DNA of 64,000 nt from an uncultured Pseudomonadota bacterium (GTDB lineage: Bacteria > Pseudomonadota > Alphaproteobacteria > Rs-D84). Location: contig CADBDF010000005.1 of the NCBI GenBank assembly GCA_902793435.1, positions 14,383 through 78,382 on the forward strand. The letters are read 5' to 3'. Shown piece by piece: positions 57,056 to 64,000 of this stretch. How positions within the stretch are numbered: the stretch's first letter is position 1; each line of letters opens with the position of its first letter. The notes below the pieces were generated by a model. It did no database searches. It saw only the letters and a program-made list of their open reading frames with translations, and was not told the DNA's origin. Made by a program: the position numbers and the translations under genes.

Positions 57056-57937
57056 TTAATCCGGATTAAAAAAGTTTATTGCAGATTTCATATCGTCCGC
57101 ACGCAGTTCCTTTTTATACCAATCGTACGATTTTGCGATATGCCCCATATCCAAAGCCCAATATCCAGCCTTGGTTAAATCATAAACCAACACTTTGGCG
57201 GTTGGACCACAGATAGCAATTATTATTTTGTTTTTATTTTGTTTTTTGATTTGTGATAATAAATCATCATATTCATCAAATGCGTTTGTTGCCTTGGTAT
57301 AAATATAATCAACAGACTTTGCGTTATCAAAAATATTATTTTCTATGTTATCAAATACAGATTTTCCACATACGATAACAATATCTTTGTTATTCCATAT
57401 TTTACGAATTTTTTTAAAATAATTATCCGTATCATATTCTTTAAAATAAGTATAAGCCAATGTCATTTCTGCGGCGTAATAAGTTTTTTTCATATTTATA
57501 TATGGTATAATTTGTTTTCTAAACGCGGGACCATAACGTCGCCAGAAATTTTTGTTTATATCAGACAGATTTGATTTGTCAAACCACATAGCCCTGACGA
57601 TAGCAATTTTTAATTTGCCCAGATTAGAATTAAAAACTTCCAGCATGCGTTGCTGTAATTTTTTGCTGTACTTTTGAAAAGGTATGCTGTGTCCTGCCAT
57701 CAGTTGAAATTCGCCGTCGCCAAATCTGGCAAGGGAATAATGATATTTTAAAATATCATCAATTGATTCATCAACGGTCTTTATTTTTGGTTTCCATGGC
57801 GCATCGTCGAACAATTCGCATTTCATATTATCCAACAAGTCGTCATAAAATTTGGCAAACCCATCATCACTAAAAAAATCACCCAGATTTTTTTTTCTTA
57901 ATACAACAATATTTCGCAAAAAATTACGTAACGACAT
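57056..57937 (-). CDS. GT-D fold glycosyltransferase (DUF1792)
   Basis: ARFGDGEFQLMAG signature. Confidence 0.65.
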   Translation of the reverse strand: MSLRNFLRNIVVLRKKNLGDFFSDDGFAKFYDDLLDNMKCELFDDAPWKPKIKTVDESIDDILKYHYSLARFGDGEFQLMAGHSIPFQKYSKKLQQRMLEVFNSNLGKLKIAIVRAMWFDKSNLSDINKNFWRRYGPAFRKQIIPYINMKKTYYAAEMTLAYTYFKEYDTDNYFKKIRKIWNNKDIVIVCGKSVFDNIENNIFDNAKSVDYIYTKATNAFDEYDDLLSQIKKQNKNKIIIAICGPTAKVLVYDLTKAGYWALDMGHIAKSYDWYKKELRADDMKSAINFFNPD

Positions 57938-57940
57938 ATC

Positions 57941-58921
57941 CTAGCAATCCTTTAAAGTAATTATAGGCAATGCACCAAACAGTAAAACTTTATTATTTTT
58001 TATTTTCAAAAACGGTATAAACCCGAACAGATTAACCCATTTTTTTCGTGGTTCATATCCGTATTTTCTAAATAATTTTATTATAAAATCACCAAAAAAT
58101 TGTGAATTTTGTGCATAATCCCAAAATTTATAATAACTGGCCAGGTGGGTCGTAGATATCGAATTTATACTGTTGTTTGGTTTTTCTGCACCAATAAAAT
58201 GACGAATAACCATATTTTTCATTGTGTCAGTATATTCGTTTTCGTTTTCAAAGACATCTTTACCACAGCATGTCACATTAAACCTTTGTTCCAATCGTTT
58301 ATAGTTATTTTCAAAATATTTATTTAAAATATCCTGGTCTGCGCACAGATGTCCCGGATATTTGCGTTCTATTTCAAAAAATCCATCTGGCAAATTTTTA
58401 TCTTCGCGCATTTTTTTGCAGTCCATCAACAATACACCACTGTTAAAATAGGTATGCTGTTTATTTAAATCCAACAAAGAATAAAATTTTGTTTTTAAAT
58501 CATTGCCAATTTCAATTGCCTTGGCGGCACCTATGGCGAAACCGCCTAAATCTTGATTATATAATTTTGAAACATCGTCCATAAAAATAACATCGCCATC
58601 AACCCATATTGCGCGGTTTAATTTTGGCTTTAACCATGGAATCAAAAGGCGCGCAAATGCGGTTAATGATACATGTTGCCATGTTTTAAACCCAGAAAAA
58701 TATTTGTTTATATCAATATCCAAAAATTCAATTTTTGCATTTTTGTATTTTGAAACACTGTGTTCTATTTTTTTACGGCTGGCATCGCTGATTTCATTGT
58801 TTATTAAAAATATATTCACATTTGATTTGGTGTTTTCCAGCATGCTTATAATCGCAATATCTGTAATTGCCGCATAATTTTCATCTGATGCCATAAAAAC
58901 ATTTATTGTATCCGGTTTCAT
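57941..58921 (-). CDS. family 8 glycosyltransferase (LPS/LOS hexosyltransferase-like)
   Basis: NVFMASDENYA, WVDGDVIF (DxD) and YFNSGVLLMD motifs. The C-terminal tail is LFGFIPFLKIKNNKVLLF. Confidence 0.85.
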   Translation of the reverse strand: MKPDTINVFMASDENYAAITDIAIISMLENTKSNVNIFLINNEISDASRKKIEHSVSKYKNAKIEFLDIDINKYFSGFKTWQHVSLTAFARLLIPWLKPKLNRAIWVDGDVIFMDDVSKLYNQDLGGFAIGAAKAIEIGNDLKTKFYSLLDLNKQHTYFNSGVLLMDCKKMREDKNLPDGFFEIERKYPGHLCADQDILNKYFENNYKRLEQRFNVTCCGKDVFENENEYTDTMKNMVIRHFIGAEKPNNSINSISTTHLASYYKFWDYAQNSQFFGDFIIKLFRKYGYEPRKKWVNLFGFIPFLKIKNNKVLLFGALPIITLKDC

Positions 58922-58946
58922 ATTTTTACCTTTGTTTTGATAGTGG

Positions 58947-59813
58947 TTATTTCCATTTCATACTGAATATCGGGATAATTTCAAACAAATAAACTTTATT
59001 GTTCTTGATTTTTAACAATGGGATAAAACCAAACAGACGTATGCAGAATAATGTTCCCGCCATATTTGTATGCTGTTTAAACCACTTTGCGTGTCCCGGA
59101 TACCGTCCGGATACATCAGCCCTTATCATACCATGCAATATATCCATTTTTTTCTGGGTTTTGTGCGTGGTGTTGCCGTCAAAATTGCGGTAATCAACCA
59201 ACACAGATTGAATACAATAAAAACGCGTCACATCCATTAGTCGATTCCATAATTGGTAATCTTCACATGGGGTAAAACATTCTTCGTATCGAATATTATG
59301 TTCGTCCAGCAAAGATTTACGCAACATTGACGCGGTATGCGGAAACCAGCACCCCGATGTCATGGTGCATTTTATTTCAAAATCGTGTTCCGGGCATGTA
59401 TGCAAAGAACCAGTTTTTTTGCAATCAAAAAACCTCAAAAAACCACTAACTGCACCAATATCTGGGTTTTTATCTAAAACATCGACCTCTAACGCCAATC
59501 GTTCTGGCATAGATATATCATCATGGTCAAAAATAGCCACATATTCGCCACGCGCCATATCCAACAATTTATTGCGAGACGGTGTTATGCCCATATTTTT
59601 ATCATTTTTGGAATATTTTATGCGTTTATCGTGTTTTGCATAATCCAACACGATTTTTTCGATTTCTGTGTTATCCGGACTATCATTTAAAATCAAAAAT
59701 TCGAAATCTGTAAATGTTTGATTTAGTATTGATTCAATCATAGCCCGCAAATGTTCAGGCCTGGTATTATAAATAGGGGTTAAAACAGATACTTTTGGTG
59801 CTTTTTTTGTCAT
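58947..59813 (-). CDS. family 2 glycosyltransferase
   Basis: VSVLTPIYN...LILNDSPDN and FDHDD motifs. It shares the C-terminal tail LFGFIPLLKIKNNKVYLF with the GT8 gene. Confidence 0.85.
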   Translation of the reverse strand: MTKKAPKVSVLTPIYNTRPEHLRAMIESILNQTFTDFEFLILNDSPDNTEIEKIVLDYAKHDKRIKYSKNDKNMGITPSRNKLLDMARGEYVAIFDHDDISMPERLALEVDVLDKNPDIGAVSGFLRFFDCKKTGSLHTCPEHDFEIKCTMTSGCWFPHTASMLRKSLLDEHNIRYEECFTPCEDYQLWNRLMDVTRFYCIQSVLVDYRNFDGNTTHKTQKKMDILHGMIRADVSGRYPGHAKWFKQHTNMAGTLFCIRLFGFIPLLKIKNNKVYLFEIIPIFSMKWK

Positions 59814-59963
59814 TTTTTTTGACCTTGATATTTTTGTTTAATTCTATATTACCCAGGCTAAAACAACCAGAGCCAAAAATCAACCGTTTAATTATTAAAA
59901 GCAAACAAATAAACTTGACAATGATAAAATTTAGGGTAAAATTTGTTCTTGTAAAAAAATAGG

Positions 59964-60383
59964 ATGGGCTTTATGAAAAATTATTATAAAAGATATATAA
60001 AACCTGTGTTGGCGGAATTGAGTCCCGACGCAGTTCAAGAATTGACATACGATAAAACATTTACAAAATACGTGGAAACTATGCGGAATCCGTTATTTTG
60101 GCTGTTTCAACGTAAAAATCCAGAATCCATGACTAATTATGTATATTGGGTAATTCTGGGGTTGTATGCGCGCACCAAATTGGTTCAGGCTAATGTGTAT
60201 CAAAACAAAAATTTCAGGGCTGTTGTCAAAAAAGATGATAAAATTCGTGCCCAGGTTAAAAAGGCATATCTGGACGCAAGCCAATTACCTATGCGATTAA
60301 CCAAGACTCGATTTCAAAATATGCAGTTTTTGGTGACAAATGCGCGATTGGAAAAATTGGGAACGCGTGCCACTCAACGATAA
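59964..60383 (+). CDS. hypothetical protein
   Basis: 139-aa ORF followed by a terminator. Confidence 0.45.
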   Translation: MGFMKNYYKRYIKPVLAELSPDAVQELTYDKTFTKYVETMRNPLFWLFQRKNPESMTNYVYWVILGLYARTKLVQANVYQNKNFRAVVKKDDKIRAQVKKAYLDASQLPMRLTKTRFQNMQFLVTNARLEKLGTRATQR

Positions 60384-60387
60384 TATT

Positions 60388-60410
60388 CCGCCCACCTGGG
60401 CGGTTTTTTT
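60388..60410 (+). terminator. rho-independent terminator
   Basis: Stem ccgccca / tgggcgg followed by a T7 run. Confidence 0.55.
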
Positions 60411-60446
60411 ATTGCATAGTTGAATAAAGGTATTACACTGTATCAC

Positions 60447-61169
60447 ATGCCAAAATACTTTGATTCACATTGTCATTTGCCAGATGCCGACCCTTTTGCG
60501 GATATGTTTGCGCGCGCAAAATCTGTTGGAATTGTCGGCTGTGTTATAAACAGTATGCGTGAAAATGATTGGCAACAAATTATCGATATAGCATCAAATA
60601 ATGAAAATGTGGTTGGCGCAATTGGTGTTCATCCATGGTATGCGGATTCTGTATCAACAAATTGGCTGACTGATATGGAATCGATTTTGTCACACCACCC
60701 AAATATTGTTCTGGGAGAGGTTGGTTTGGATAAAACGCGTGATAATTTTGATGCCCAAGAACGCATTTTTATACAAAGTCTGGAAATGGCGATTAAATAT
60801 AATCGCGTGTTAAATTTACATTGCGTGCATGCGTGGGACAGGGTATTGAATATATTAAAATCATATAAAAATAAATTGCCTAAAATTGTTGTGCATGCAT
60901 TTGATGGCACACAAAACGCGATAGATTTTGATGAAAATTTGTATTTTTCTGTATCACCAAATATATCAAAACCAAATTATAACAAAATTAAAATAAGTGT
61001 CGGGGAATTGCCGAAAAATAAAATTTTACTGGAAAGCGATAGTTCAAATTTATTGCCGGTTTTAACGGCTGCGGCGGGCTTAAAATCTTTGCGTCCAGAA
61101 ATCACAGATGCGGACATTTATAACAATACTATGGGGGTGTTTTTCAATGGACAGATTACACAGAATTAG
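60447..61169 (+). CDS. tatD: TatD family metal-dependent hydrolase
   Basis: YFDSHCHL N-terminus and GEVGLD motif. The ATG at 60447 is preferred over the TTG at 60420. Confidence 0.85.
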   Translation: MPKYFDSHCHLPDADPFADMFARAKSVGIVGCVINSMRENDWQQIIDIASNNENVVGAIGVHPWYADSVSTNWLTDMESILSHHPNIVLGEVGLDKTRDNFDAQERIFIQSLEMAIKYNRVLNLHCVHAWDRVLNILKSYKNKLPKIVVHAFDGTQNAIDFDENLYFSVSPNISKPNYNKIKISVGELPKNKILLESDSSNLLPVLTAAAGLKSLRPEITDADIYNNTMGVFFNGQITQN

Positions 61170-61815
61170 ATTGTTGTTGGGGGACATGGCAATCAAAAAA
61201 TTACAAACAAAAACGGTCATGGTGGTTGGTTGTGGCGCAGTCGGTTCTTTCGCCATCGAGGCTTTGTCGCGCAGTGGTATCGGCAACATTATTTTGGTCG
61301 ATTTTGATGTTGTGGAACAATCAAATATCAACCGTCAATTATTCGCATTGCACAGCACAATCGGTCGCCCCAAGGTTGATGTTGCGGCGGCCAGAATTGC
61401 AGATATTTCGCCGGATATAAATGTTCAAACATTTAATATGTTTTGGGACGGGGCGTCTAACCCCGATGTTGCACCAGATTTTGTAATTGATGCGATTGAT
61501 TCTGTGCCGTCTAAAATTGCGTTATATCGTTGGTGTGTGGCACATAATATACCTTTTATTGCCAGTATGGGTGCGGCACAAAAGACCGATATGACCCAGG
61601 TAAAAATAGATAAATTATCAAAAACAACTGTTTGCCCATTGGCGTCGCGTATTCGTAAATTGGTGAGAAATGAAAATTTACCTGATTTTCCGGTCGTTTA
61701 TTCAACACAAAGTCCAATAAAAAACGACACCGGTACATTGGGGTCAATAATAACCGTCACCGGTGATTTTGGATTGCGTTTGGCGAATTTTGTAATAACA
61801 GAATTAACAAAATAA
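61147..61815 (+). CDS. tcdA: ThiF/MoeB-fold tRNA threonylcarbamoyladenosine dehydratase-like (TcdA/CsdL)
   Basis: VMVVGCGAVGSFAIEALSRSGIGNIILVDFDVVEQSNINRQ. The start is the ATG at 61147, overlapping the tatD end. Confidence 0.75.
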   Translation: MDRLHRIRLLLGDMAIKKLQTKTVMVVGCGAVGSFAIEALSRSGIGNIILVDFDVVEQSNINRQLFALHSTIGRPKVDVAAARIADISPDINVQTFNMFWDGASNPDVAPDFVIDAIDSVPSKIALYRWCVAHNIPFIASMGAAQKTDMTQVKIDKLSKTTVCPLASRIRKLVRNENLPDFPVVYSTQSPIKNDTGTLGSIITVTGDFGLRLANFVITELTK

Positions 61816-61979
61816 CGCGGCAATATGTGTTCGTGTATGTGCATAAATTCCTATTATTCAAAAAGTTTTGCACTTATTCCTAAATGATAAAACATAATTG
61901 AAATTGGTGGTGTAATGCCTTATAATAAAAATGTCAAAAAGACTAACTTTTTGATAAAATTTATAAGGAGAAAAAACAG

Positions 61980-64000
<2,021 letters not shown>

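Noticed and set aside
57888-57896. An A9/T9 homopolymer near the 5' end of the GT-D glycosyltransferase, considered as a phase-variation switch.
   Set aside because: Runs of 8-9 A/T are common throughout this AT-rich window, for example at the rne start and in intergenic terminators. There is no evidence of length polymorphism from a single sequence.

Overview
AT-rich bacterial chromosome segment. The housekeeping synteny looks alphaproteobacterial: bamA-rseP-cdsA-uppS-frr, rne, recG, htpX, ssb, tatD, tcdA and ligA. It also carries gtcattgcgag...caatccag-type palindromic repeats like those I recall from AT-rich intracellular alphaproteobacteria; this lineage call is inference only. Four tRNAs were folded by hand: Ala-GGC, His-GTG, Lys-TTT and Asn-GTT. 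No rRNA, CRISPR array or reverse transcriptase was seen. Accessory content: (1) A prophage remnant lies at the left edge (5'-truncated portal plus two small genes). It is followed by a secreted phage-RBP-like gene bracketed by two copies of a MITE-like palindromic element. (2) A roughly 15.7-kb integrative island (30970-46714) sits in tRNA-Asn. It is bounded by a 20-bp direct repeat, with clustered TGTGTAGC arm-type repeats at both ends and an AlpA-like gene plus a P4-type tyrosine integrase. Its cargo is mostly defence or toxin-antitoxin-like. This includes a DUF6088/AbiEi-like gene divergent from an AbiEi-Fic fusion, separated by six 24-bp direct repeats. It also includes three tandem modules with an exact 573-bp period and module-specific iterons. 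The main novel-system candidate is a four-gene operon centred on a 1338-aa GIY-YIG(T5orf172)-SF2 helicase-N6-MTase fusion, translationally coupled to a degenerate MTase-like zinc-finger protein. A membrane/GAF-like protein paired with a Panacea (DUF4065) protein completes the cargo. (3) On the other side of tRNA-Asn lies an MmeI-like Type IIG R-M enzyme. Beside it is a paralogue of the small ORF that heads the island operon, plus relic fragments. (4) An orphan T7-gp17-like tail-fibre gene sits next to a five-gene glycosyltransferase cluster. All functional calls come from motif recognition by eye; no database search was run.
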